From Candidatus Levybacteria bacterium RIFCSPLOWO2_01_FULL_38_21 (GTDB lineage: Bacteria; Patescibacteriota; Microgenomatia; Levybacterales; UBA12049), in assembly GCA_001782475.1 (NCBI GenBank), contig MFOT01000014.1, forward strand, positions 12,109 to 76,108: a stretch of DNA of 64,000 bases. The letters are read 5' to 3'. Position numbers and translations under genes: made by a program. A model generated the notes under the pieces. It searched no databases. It saw nothing but the letters and a program-made list of their open reading frames with translations, and was not told the DNA's origin. This document shows, one piece after another, positions 48,884 through 57,514 of the stretch (the first letter of the stretch is position 1; the number at the start of each line of letters is the position of its first letter).

Positions 48884-50235
48884 TTTCTTGAGATTTCGTA
48901 AGTATAGGGAAGATATAAAAAGGATGCAGGCGGATCATCCAGGATATATTTTTCAAAATCTAAATAAATTTTCTTACGTGTATTTATATCGATTGTCTTT
49001 CTCCCGTCTTCTAACAGCTTATCTATTCTTAAGTTTTTATATCTTGATATATTGCTGTTTTGACCTGAATGCCATAAGACATATTGATCGGGGTCTTTTA
49101 AGAGATTAAAATCACCCAAAAACATTTGGAAATTTGATGGAATTGTGTCGACTATTTCTATTCTTGGCACAACACCAATTTTTTTAAAACTCTCAAGTAG
49201 AATTTTTGCTGTATTTTTATATTGCGGTAAGGTCTTAATTATAACTATAAGTTTAGAAGAATCAGAAGCACCTTCAGATGCAGACAAAAGATTTTTGGCA
49301 TGTTCTATGTCCTGCATGCGGATATCTAATTTTTGATTCGCCCAGGAATTTGGAGAAAATGGACCAGGATTTCTCTTTCCATTTTCAAATTTATCGGGCA
49401 CAGCATACGATAAGGCTTCCCTTATTTTCTTTTCCGACAAAATCCTATCTTGCGTGTTGTAAAAAAGTGTTATCAATTGTTTGTCGTTTAAGACTTTTTT
49501 TACCGTGACAGATTTAAAAGAATTTATTTTTTTATCTTTAAAAGTTACATCGTGAATGCCTGAAATTTTAGAAACTTCTCCTATAACAAAGGCCGTTTTT
49601 AAAGCGTCTTCTGTCGGAAAAAATTGATATTTTATTATCTTTTTGTTGGATTTAATTGATATTAAATCAATAGAAGTTACAAAATCTCCATTAAACTTTA
49701 TAGATTTTACTTTATAGCTACCAAGCCCAACAAAACCCTTTTTAAAAATTGGTCTTGATACCGTGATAAGAAAAGGCGAATACGCTTCTTTTAATCTAAA
49801 AATAATTGTGTATTCATTGGGTCGCAGGATTGACGCATCCGAAAAATTATAAGTTACATTTTTTGAAGTAAGGCGTGTTTCATCCGAAAAGTATACATTT
49901 TTTCTTAAGAAAAATGTATATTCCCTGCCATTATCAGCAATTTTCCAACTTTGCGCAATATCGGGTCTAACATTTCCATCCTCAGAAACTGAAGTTAATC
50001 CTCTTGAAACACTTGTTAAGATGTAGGAAGGAAGATCATTAACGGTAAATGAACCGGCTACACCGACCGTTTCTTTTGGAATAAAGAGAAATGTAGATGG
50101 AAGAATTTTTATTAAAATCCTTAAGGCAAAAAATGCAAAAAGTCCTATTGCAAAAAAAACAAGAATTGATCGTCCCCATTTTTTAAAATAGGCTTTAATA
50201 AGCCAGAATATCAGACGGCGCCTAAATACAATCAT
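48880..50235 (-). CDS. ABC transporter substrate-binding protein, family 5 (peptide/nickel type), membrane-anchored
   Basis: 451 aa; an N-terminal TM/signal anchor, and a body with SBP_bac_5-like sequence patterns (WHSGQNSNISRYKN, KKIYLDFEKYILDDPP). Confidence 0.6.
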   Translation of the reverse strand: MIVFRRRLIFWLIKAYFKKWGRSILVFFAIGLFAFFALRILIKILPSTFLFIPKETVGVAGSFTVNDLPSYILTSVSRGLTSVSEDGNVRPDIAQSWKIADNGREYTFFLRKNVYFSDETRLTSKNVTYNFSDASILRPNEYTIIFRLKEAYSPFLITVSRPIFKKGFVGLGSYKVKSIKFNGDFVTSIDLISIKSNKKIIKYQFFPTEDALKTAFVIGEVSKISGIHDVTFKDKKINSFKSVTVKKVLNDKQLITLFYNTQDRILSEKKIREALSYAVPDKFENGKRNPGPFSPNSWANQKLDIRMQDIEHAKNLLSASEGASDSSKLIVIIKTLPQYKNTAKILLESFKKIGVVPRIEIVDTIPSNFQMFLGDFNLLKDPDQYVLWHSGQNSNISRYKNLRIDKLLEDGRKTIDINTRKKIYLDFEKYILDDPPASFLYLPYTYEISRN

Positions 50236-50249
50236 AAATTCAAATTATT

Positions 50250-50462
50250 TTATCGAGGAGCAAAAAGTAGAGGTATTAAGCCAAACAACACTGCAAGAAC
50301 CACTGTTGTCCAAATTAACATCTTTTCTATGCTTTGTTTGCTTCTGTAGAATTCCCCTCCTCCGCCAAAGGTTTTAGAAAGGCCTGATCCTTGCATCTGA
50401 AGAAGAATAGCTCCAATTAAAAGCACTGGAATTAAGATTTGTAAAAATATTATAAAAAACAT
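50250..50462 (-). CDS. secG: Preprotein translocase subunit SecG
   Basis: 70 aa; two TM helices separated by a GGGG-rich loop (LIGAILLQMQGSGLSKTFGGGGEF). Confidence 0.75.
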   Translation of the reverse strand: MFFIIFLQILIPVLLIGAILLQMQGSGLSKTFGGGGEFYRSKQSIEKMLIWTTVVLAVLFGLIPLLFAPR

Positions 50463-50471
50463 ACCTTAAGA

Positions 50472-51425
50472 TTATATATTTCCTACGATAACTTTTGCAA
50501 GCTTTGAGGAATCATGGTATAAAGGAAATTCTTCGCTTACTAAGTCCTCCTGTACAAGCTTAAAAGGGAATTTTGCATCACCATTAACAAGGGGTACATA
50601 CTTATATTCATTTTTCCATCTTTGTGGGATCTCCGGATTTTGGTTTTTATTAAGAAAGAATGTATCAAAAAGTATATCTTGGCAGTGTTTCTCTATTGCT
50701 TTAGCAAAATCTTCTATAGTATATTTTGGAGTTTCGAAAGGCTTATTTGCAACATTAACTATAAAAAATTTCTCTGCCCGTGCCTTTCTTATTGCGGATA
50801 AAATATCAGGAACCATAATAACAGGAAGAACAGTAGTATAAAGATCTCCGGGACCTGCGATAACAACATCTGCATTTTTTATGGCATCTGTGACTTTTTT
50901 ATCAACCAGAGGATTCTTGGGTCTTATAAATAATTTTTTGATCTGACCCTTAAATCTTCCCAAATCAATATTTTCCTCTCTTGTTACAATATGTCCTGTT
51001 GAAGTTTTTGCCCAAATAGAAATCGGAGATAATGTGGATGGATAAATTTTGCCTTTGGTTTTGAATATTTTTTGAAGTTCTATTAACCCCTGGTTGAAAT
51101 CTTTCTTTATAAAACTTAAGGCAAGAAGCATTAAATTTCCCAGTTTTTGACCAGGCAATAGATTATCTGGTCCGTATCTTTGTCCTTTAAATCTGAATTT
51201 TAGAAGTTGTATCAAGATTTCTTCCGCATCAGATAAGGCTACCAGACAATTTATAATATCGCCCGTAGGAAATGTTTTATAATACCTTCTTAACCTTCCT
51301 GCTGAACCGCCGTCATCTGCCATGGAAACAATAACTGATATATCGGAAAAATATTCTTTTATCCCGCGCAGTAAATTAGCAGTGCCAATCCCGCCTCCTA
51401 AGCAAACTATTTTTTTATCAGCCAT
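50472..51425 (-). CDS. yvcK: YvcK/UPF0052 (CofD-like) gluconeogenesis-factor family protein
   Basis: KIVCLGGGIGTANLLRG and the AGPGDLYTTVLPVIMVPDI signature. The track ORF starts at 51464; the likely start is MADKKIV at about 51425. Confidence 0.8.
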   Translation of the reverse strand: MADKKIVCLGGGIGTANLLRGIKEYFSDISVIVSMADDGGSAGRLRRYYKTFPTGDIINCLVALSDAEEILIQLLKFRFKGQRYGPDNLLPGQKLGNLMLLALSFIKKDFNQGLIELQKIFKTKGKIYPSTLSPISIWAKTSTGHIVTREENIDLGRFKGQIKKLFIRPKNPLVDKKVTDAIKNADVVIAGPGDLYTTVLPVIMVPDILSAIRKARAEKFFIVNVANKPFETPKYTIEDFAKAIEKHCQDILFDTFFLNKNQNPEIPQRWKNEYKYVPLVNGDAKFPFKLVQEDLVSEEFPLYHDSSKLAKVIVGNI

Positions 51426-51814
51426 GATAGGAACGTAATTATAGCAGATAACGCAAGCCCGCACACTATAAAAGCAAAAATTTGATTAACATAAGTTTTA
51501 GAAATTATAAATCCGCCGTATGAAAAGCCCTGAAAGACAAATGACGTAATTTTTATCTTGGGAACAAAAAGGGTGAGAAGATAAAGAATTATTACATTCG
51601 TAAAAAATGAGAATGCGCCCAGCGTTACAAGATTTAAAGGAAGCGTTAAGATATTTAAAATTGGTTTTATCAGAAGGAATATTATAGAAAGCGCTACTCC
51701 GCCCAAAAGATAAGTCTCAAACCCTCCTGTAATCTTTACTCCCGGAAATACTAAGGTCAGGAAAAAAAGAGAAAAAGAGTAAAATAATACGGCTCTTAAA
51801 ATTGTTCTCATAAT
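51407..51814 (-). CDS. DUF360 / phage-holin-4_2 (YvlD-like) small membrane protein
   Basis: The internal start MRTILRAVLFY... of the 51407..52015 ORF gives ~135 aa with 4 TM helices and the family pattern PGVKITGGFETYLLGGVALSIIFLLIKPILNILTLPLNLVTLGAFSFFTNVIILYLL. The upstream part of the ORF overlaps rnhB and is discarded. Confidence 0.65.
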   Translation of the reverse strand: MMRTILRAVLFYSFSLFFLTLVFPGVKITGGFETYLLGGVALSIIFLLIKPILNILTLPLNLVTLGAFSFFTNVIILYLLTLFVPKIKITSFVFQGFSYGGFIISKTYVNQIFAFIVCGLALSAIITFLSWLIKK

Positions 51815-51832
51815 TTTATCTTGTAAATAAAA

Positions 51833-52522
51833 TTGTATAATAAACTCATGAAAAAGCCAAGTTTTACAGAAGAAAAGAAGATTTGGAAAAAAGGCTGCAA
51901 ATTTGTAATAGGAGTTGACGAAGTAGGGAAAGGAGCGTTCGCAGGACCGGTAGTTGCCGCAGCTGTAGTTTTTAACAAGGATACTCCTTGTCAGCCTCGT
52001 ACAAGGAGTATCCATGAAGACATAAACGACTCAAAACTTCTAAAACCTAAAAAACGAGAGGAGTTGTCAAGGGTCATAAAAAAACAAGCACAATTATATG
52101 CCATTTCAACCATTGGCGTATCTACCATAAACAAATTAGGAGTTGGAAAAGCAAGTCAGATGGCCATAAGAAAATCGATAAAAACAGTAATTGGTGACAT
52201 TATTGAGATAAACAATAGCAAGCCCCCGATTTTTGTATTAGCAGACGGATTCCATATTAAATATATTCGGGGGATTGGGCTAATAAACCAGAAGGCAATT
52301 ATAAAAGGGGATAGAAAAAGTATCTCAATTGCCGCAGCATCTATTATTGCAAAAGTTTATAGAGATAAATTAATGAGAAAACTTAACCGAAAATATCCGG
52401 GTTACGGTTTTGTAAGAAACAAAGGCTACGGAACAAAATTCCATCAAATTGCACTTGCCAAGCAAGGACTATCGGAAGTCCACCGAACATCTTTTAATCT
52501 AGGAAAATTTCTGAGTTTTTAG
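51833..52522 (+). CDS. rnhB: Ribonuclease HII
   Basis: 229 aa; catalytic GVDEVGKGAFAGPVVAAAVV motif and the conserved downstream Asp. Confidence 0.9.
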   Translation: MYNKLMKKPSFTEEKKIWKKGCKFVIGVDEVGKGAFAGPVVAAAVVFNKDTPCQPRTRSIHEDINDSKLLKPKKREELSRVIKKQAQLYAISTIGVSTINKLGVGKASQMAIRKSIKTVIGDIIEINNSKPPIFVLADGFHIKYIRGIGLINQKAIIKGDRKSISIAAASIIAKVYRDKLMRKLNRKYPGYGFVRNKGYGTKFHQIALAKQGLSEVHRTSFNLGKFLSF

Positions 52523-52593
52523 TTGAGTTTTCACTGCTTTCTATATCTCCTTGGGATAAGTAAGATAATGTGCTAAACTAAGCTAATTCCATT

Positions 52594-54036
52594 ATGAAAA
52601 TTCTATTTGCCGTTTGGGAACTTGATCCCTTTTTCAAAGTAGGGGGTTTGGGTGATGTTGCCAGGTCATTTCCTGGCGCTTTAAAAGAAAAGGGGATAGA
52701 TATAAGAATAGTTCTGCCGTATTATAAAGTTCTGAAGCTGGGCAGGCAGAGAAGAGTTATGATAGGTAAAATAAAATGTTTTTACGATAATAAAAACGAA
52801 GATGTGGAGATTTATAAAGTGGAACATCCAATAAGCAAAATACCAGTTTATCTTATAAAAAATAAGAAATATCTGGATATAGCTAAATTTCCAGACACTT
52901 TCGCTTTTTTTTGCTTGTCAATTGCAGAAATTATAAAAAGCAATATTCTTTCCTGGGCTCCGGATATAATTCACTGCAATGATGTCCATACCAGTTTGGT
53001 ACCGCTCCTTTTAAAAGAAAAAAAAGTTCAAGTCAAGACACTTTTAACCATCCATAATCTTTCCTATCAGGGAAGAACAGGTATTGACGTTTTGAATAAA
53101 TTAAAAATAGAAACTTCCAAATGTGCGGTTTTGCATTGGGAGATAAAGTCAAAAAGAGTGAATTTCTTGATGGAGGGCATAATACATGCAGACGCAATAA
53201 CCACAGTTTCCCCAACATATGCCAGAGAAATCTTAACAGAAGAGTACGGGTGCGGTTTGGAAGATGTGCTTAGGGGAAGAGAGGGAAAAATCTTTGGCAT
53301 ACTCAACGGAATTGATAATAATTGGCACCATATGATGGCAAATAGCATGGTCAGATATCCCTATTTGTTGACAAAAGAAAACATTGCGAAAAATAACGAG
53401 TTGAAAGTTTACTCATGGGAGGAAGGGAAAAAGTTAAATAAGCTGTACTTGCAAAAAAAACTTGGATTAAGAGTAGACCCGTCAATACCCTTGGTTTCTT
53501 TTATTGGCAGGTTCGATCCATATCAAAAAGGGGTCGATATTATCCACAAGATGCTGCGCAGAATCAATTTAGAAAAATGTGCGTTTGTCATTTTAGGCAG
53601 CGGTGACCCGCATTGGGAAGAAAGATTTCAATGGCTTGCCAAATTTTATCCCAAAAATATTTCCTGCAATTTCATTTTTGATGAGGTTTTGGCTCATCAG
53701 ATTTATGCCGGATCAGATTTTGTCCTCATCCCTTCCAAATTTGAACCATGCGGTTTAGTACAGATGGTTGCCATGTTTTTCGGAGCGTTGCCAATTGCCC
53801 ATGCAACCGGTGGTCTTCGTGATTCTATAAAAGAAGGTGAAACCGGTTATCTTTTTAATAAGTACTCCTCTGTCTCTCTGGAATATTCATTAAATAGAGC
53901 TATTGGGATTTGGTTACAAGATAAAAAACGATATAAAACAATGGTTGAAAACGCTATGAAAATGGATTTTTCTTGGGATAGAAGTGCACGCGAATATTTA
54001 AGTCTTTACCAGAAGTTAATAGACGGAAAGTTATAA
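52594..54036 (+). CDS. glgA: Glycogen/starch synthase (GT5) family glycosyltransferase
   Basis: 480 aa; N-terminal KVGGLGDV motif, and a C-terminal GT-B domain with E...GL (FEPCGLVQM). Confidence 0.85.
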   Translation: MKILFAVWELDPFFKVGGLGDVARSFPGALKEKGIDIRIVLPYYKVLKLGRQRRVMIGKIKCFYDNKNEDVEIYKVEHPISKIPVYLIKNKKYLDIAKFPDTFAFFCLSIAEIIKSNILSWAPDIIHCNDVHTSLVPLLLKEKKVQVKTLLTIHNLSYQGRTGIDVLNKLKIETSKCAVLHWEIKSKRVNFLMEGIIHADAITTVSPTYAREILTEEYGCGLEDVLRGREGKIFGILNGIDNNWHHMMANSMVRYPYLLTKENIAKNNELKVYSWEEGKKLNKLYLQKKLGLRVDPSIPLVSFIGRFDPYQKGVDIIHKMLRRINLEKCAFVILGSGDPHWEERFQWLAKFYPKNISCNFIFDEVLAHQIYAGSDFVLIPSKFEPCGLVQMVAMFFGALPIAHATGGLRDSIKEGETGYLFNKYSSVSLEYSLNRAIGIWLQDKKRYKTMVENAMKMDFSWDRSAREYLSLYQKLIDGKL

Positions 54037-54039
54037 AAA

Positions 54040-54165
54040 AAGTTATAAATGTAGTCGCTATAGTCGCTACCTGAAAGGTGAAACAGCCTCGCTACCTTCG
54101 GCAATCTCAATATAGTTTACACTGAGGCCTTCGACTGAGCTCAGCCGAATATCCTTGCCAAATTG
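54040..54165 (-). ncRNA. Unassigned structured region 3' of tRNA-Lys(CUU); possible small RNA (SRP-RNA-like?)
   Basis: No ORF. Nested inverted repeats are present: CTGAG...CTCAG, GTGTAAAC...GTTTCAC, and GCC-GAAGGTAGCGA-GGC with a GAAG tetraloop-like cap reminiscent of SRP RNA domain IV. The call is not verified. Confidence 0.2.
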
Positions 54166-54238
54166 TGAGCCGCCGGCGAGTCGAACGCCGAACCGATTCC
54201 TTAAGAGGGAATTGCTCTGCCAGTTGAGCTAGCGGCCC
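54166..54238 (-). tRNA. tRNA-Lys (anticodon CUU)
   Basis: The reverse complement folds as acceptor GGGCCGC/GCGGCTC (one G-U pair), D arm GCTC-AACTGGCA-GAGC, anticodon arm ATTCC-CTCTTAA-GGAAT, T arm CGGCG-TTCGACT-CGCCG. CCA is not encoded. Confidence 0.8.
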
Positions 54239-54296
54239 TCTTTATAAAAAAGCGCTGATTTAGTATACTATAAGAGGTTTGTCATAACAATACTTG

Positions 54297-54370
54297 GCGC
54301 CTGTAGCTCAACTGGATAGAGCACTTCGCTTCGGACGAAGGGGTTGGGGGTTCGACTCCCTTCAGGCGCG
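54297..54370 (+). tRNA. tRNA-Arg (anticodon UCG)
   Basis: Acceptor GCGCCTG/CAGGCGC, D arm GCTC-AACTGGATA-GAGC, anticodon arm CTTCG-CTTCGGA-CGAAG, T arm GGGGG-TTCGACT-CCCTT (two G-U pairs). CCA is not encoded. Confidence 0.75.
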
Positions 54371-54438
54371 CAGCGTAACAAATTACTTCGTAATTTAAAC
54401 GCTGCAGAGACGTAAAAATTTTTAATTTTGTACGTCTC
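54371..54438 (+). terminator. Two consecutive strong hairpins immediately 3' of tRNA-Arg
   Basis: Hairpin 1 (54371-54404): outer stem CAGCG/CGCTG enclosing inner stem AAATTAC/GTAATTT with a 3-nt loop. Hairpin 2 (54407-54438): perfect 8-bp stem GAGACGTA/TACGTCTC with a 16-nt AT loop. No clear U-tract follows. Confidence 0.35.
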
Positions 54439-54523
54439 GCAACGTACGAAATCGAAGATTTCTACATCTTCTTCTATCCTATAGCTTTATTTTGAGCTTT
54501 GTGTTATAATCTTTGATTAAATT

Positions 54524-55615
54524 ATGAAAAGATTCAGGGATTTGCTCAATTTTGCGGTCCAATTTGCAAAAACTCACAAAATAATTTCATTTACTATTTT
54601 TTTGACACTTATAGTAATCTTAATTGTCTTAAAACCCGGCAAGCAAGCTCCGATTGCCACAGAAAAAGTAAGAAGAGAAAATATTTCCCAAACAATTTCT
54701 ATAACGGGGAGTATTGATTCAAATAATACTGCGAACTTAAGCTTTAAGGCTTCGGGAAAGTTGGTTTATTTGGGAGTAAAAAAAGGAGACTATGTTTATG
54801 CCTACCAGACAATTGCCGGAATGGACGAACGAACAGTTCAGAAGAATTTAGAGATTACCCTAATAGATTATTCAAAGCAAAGATTAACCTTTGACCAGAC
54901 TCTTGAAAAAAATCAAAACAGAACACCGCAAGAAGCTTTAAATAATGATATGAAACGGATCCTTGAGAATAATCAGTTTGATTTAGACCGTGCGGTAAAA
55001 TCTGTGGAACTTCAAGACCTTGCTAAACAGGAATCTGTTTTAACAACTCCAATCACGGGAATTATCACAAGATCAGATGTTGAAACTTCCGGGGTAAATG
55101 TTTCTGCGGCAACGACTTTTACTGTTGTAGATTTAAGTTCTCTTAATTTTAAGATGGACGTTGATGAAGCAGATATTGGAAAAGTTAGGCAAGGACAAAA
55201 AGTAAAAGTTGTGCTTGATGCGTATCCTGATGAAACATTAAATCTAACAGTAGACAAAATAGATTTTGTTTCTCACACAACCTCAACCGGAGGAACTGCT
55301 TTTACCGTACATGCAAACTTTGCAGATCATCCCGACAATAAATACAGAGTGGGAATAAATGGAAATGCGGAAATTATAACTGGGGAGAGAGAAAATGTTC
55401 TTGCAATTCCCGTATCTTCGATAACAGAGGATAATAAAGTGTTTATAAAAACTAAAAGGGGGTACGTGGAAAGAAAAATAAAAACAGGTCTTCAAAATGA
55501 TACGAGAGCGCAAGTGATAAGCGGACTTTCGCAAAACGATGAGGTAGTCGTAGAATCAACTCTTGTTCCCAAAAAAACACAGGCAAGATTTCCGTTTAGG
55601 TTTTTTATAAGATAA
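54524..55615 (+). CDS. Periplasmic adaptor (HlyD/MacA membrane-fusion family) of a tripartite ABC exporter
   Basis: 363 aa; N-terminal TM anchor, then lipoyl/beta-barrel MFP motifs (TGSIDSNNTANLSFKASGKLVYLGVKKGDYV). Confidence 0.8.
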   Translation: MKRFRDLLNFAVQFAKTHKIISFTIFLTLIVILIVLKPGKQAPIATEKVRRENISQTISITGSIDSNNTANLSFKASGKLVYLGVKKGDYVYAYQTIAGMDERTVQKNLEITLIDYSKQRLTFDQTLEKNQNRTPQEALNNDMKRILENNQFDLDRAVKSVELQDLAKQESVLTTPITGIITRSDVETSGVNVSAATTFTVVDLSSLNFKMDVDEADIGKVRQGQKVKVVLDAYPDETLNLTVDKIDFVSHTTSTGGTAFTVHANFADHPDNKYRVGINGNAEIITGERENVLAIPVSSITEDNKVFIKTKRGYVERKIKTGLQNDTRAQVISGLSQNDEVVVESTLVPKKTQARFPFRFFIR

Positions 55616-55623
55616 AATGATTC

Positions 55624-56304
55624 ATGAAGAAAACAAACCTCATAAGCCTTGCGAATATAACTAAAGATTATAACCTCGGTGGTTTGATAGTGAATGTTTT
55701 AAAGGGAATAACTCTTAAAATAGAAAATGGTGAATTTGTTGCAATTTCCGGAAGATCCGGCTCTGGAAAATCGACTCTAATGAATATCATAGGACTTTTA
55801 GACACACCGACAACAGGATCTTACTATCTAGAAAGTGTTGATGTATCAAGCTTAAAAGAAGATGAGTTATCGTATCTTAGAAATAAAAAAATCGGATTCG
55901 TTTTTCAGTCATTTAACCTTCTCCCAAGAGCAACAATTCTTGAAAATGTTATCCTTCCGGGAATTTATGCGGGATTAAATACAAAAGACAGGGAAAATAC
56001 GGCAAAAAACATTTTAGAAAAAATCGGGCTCTTCAAGCATATCAACAAAAGACCCAATCAGCTTTCAGGAGGAGAACAGCAAAGAGTAGCAATTGCTAGG
56101 GCTTTAATGAATAATCCAGATATTATCCTAGCAGATGAGCCGACAGGAAATTTAGATACAAAATCAGGGCAGGAAGTTATAACTTTATTAAAAGACTTAC
56201 ATAAACAAGGAAAAACCATTGTGCTTATAACTCACGAGAAAGACATTGCTAGGGAAACAGATAGAATTATAAACTTGACTGATGGAAGAATTGATCTCGA
56301 TTAG
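55624..56304 (+). CDS. ABC transporter ATP-binding protein (MacB/LolD/FtsE type)
   Basis: 226 aa; Walker [10 protein letters not shown], signature LSGGEQQR, Walker B ILADEPT. Confidence 0.9.
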   Translation: MKKTNLISLANITKDYNLGGLIVNVLKGITLKIENGEFVAISGRSGSGKSTLMNIIGLLDTPTTGSYYLESVDVSSLKEDELSYLRNKKIGFVFQSFNLLPRATILENVILPGIYAGLNTKDRENTAKNILEKIGLFKHINKRPNQLSGGEQQRVAIARALMNNPDIILADEPTGNLDTKSGQEVITLLKDLHKQGKTIVLITHEKDIARETDRIINLTDGRIDLD

Positions 56305-56320
56305 ATGGGATAGATTGATT

Positions 56321-57514
56321 ATGGATATAAACGAACTTTTTAAACTCTCATATAGAGCAATAAGCGCAAATAGACTAAGAAGTTTCTTAACAATGCTGGG
56401 CATTGTTATTGGAGTTTTTGCAATTATTTTACTTGTCTCAATAGGCACCGGACTTCAGACATTTATTACAAATCAGATAGCAGGATTTGGTTCAAATCTT
56501 ATTGTCGTTATCCCGGGAAGAATAGGAGGCGCTAGGACTCCAGGCGGTGTTGTATCTAATAAACTTGTTGTTGCAGATGCAAAAACGCTTGCGTTAAAAC
56601 TTAAAAACGAGGCAAGTGTGGCACCTGTTGTTCAGCAAATTTCAACAGTTAAATACAAAAATAGGGAAAATAAAGGAACTACTGTGTTTGGCACTACTTC
56701 AAATTATTCAAAAACTGTTCAAAACGCAACAATAGGACAGGGTAGCTTTTTTTCTCAAAGTCAGGAACAATCCGGAGCAAGGAACGCAGTTATAGGACAG
56801 ACGGTTCTAAACAATTTATTCCCTTCGCAAAATCCTATCGGTAAAAGATTTTTTATAGGAAATAATATATATACGGTAATAGGAGTGATAAACAAAAGAG
56901 GTGCGGTTTTTGGAATAGATCAGGATAACGTTATACTTATTCCTTTGTCTTCCGCTCAAAGGCAATTTGGACTAACTCATCTCAATGCCATATTTATTTC
57001 GGTAAATTCACCGTCTCTTATTCCAAGAGTTAAAGACCAAACGCAAAAAATTTTGTTAAAACACTTGACAGAGGACGATTTTACGGTTCAAACAGCAGAA
57101 TCAACGCTTTCTATTGTTTCAAACATTACAAACATTCTTTCTATTGCCCTAGGAGGTATTGCTGCGATATCATTATTAGTTGGGGGGATTGGAGTTGCAA
57201 ATATAATGCTTGTATCTGTTACCGAAAGGACTAGAGAAATAGGACTTAGGAAAGCACTTGGGGCAAAAAGAATAGACATATTAAAGCAGTTTTTGCTTGA
57301 AGCAACAATGCTTTCTTTAACCGGAGGAATAATAGGTATTATTCTGGGAATCCTAGGATCGTTAATACTCGCAAGATTTCTTGTTTCTCAGGTAACCCTA
57401 TGGTCTGTCTTTATAGCTTTTGGTTTTTCTGTTGCGGTAGGAATTATATTTGGAATGGCTCCTGCAATAAGAGCCTCAAAGCTTTCCCCCATAGAAGCCT
57501 TAAGATATGAATAG
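56321..57514 (+). CDS. ABC transporter permease, MacB-type (periplasmic domain plus FtsX 4-TM module)
   Basis: Start chosen at the ATG at 56321 (MDINELFKL...), just after the upstream stop; the track ORF starts at 56282, overlapping. MacB_PCD-like periplasmic domain and a C-terminal FtsX domain. Confidence 0.8.
   Translation: MDINELFKLSYRAISANRLRSFLTMLGIVIGVFAIILLVSIGTGLQTFITNQIAGFGSNLIVVIPGRIGGARTPGGVVSNKLVVADAKTLALKLKNEASVAPVVQQISTVKYKNRENKGTTVFGTTSNYSKTVQNATIGQGSFFSQSQEQSGARNAVIGQTVLNNLFPSQNPIGKRFFIGNNIYTVIGVINKRGAVFGIDQDNVILIPLSSAQRQFGLTHLNAIFISVNSPSLIPRVKDQTQKILLKHLTEDDFTVQTAESTLSIVSNITNILSIALGGIAAISLLVGGIGVANIMLVSVTERTREIGLRKALGAKRIDILKQFLLEATMLSLTGGIIGIILGILGSLILARFLVSQVTLWSVFIAFGFSVAVGIIFGMAPAIRASKLSPIEALRYE

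Noticed and set aside
51815-52015. Upstream part of the 202-aa minus-strand ORF 51407..52015
   Set aside because: It overlaps the rnhB coding sequence on the opposite strand and has no membrane-protein character. Only the C-terminal ~135 aa, from MRTILRAVLF at 51814, matches the DUF360/holin-like family.
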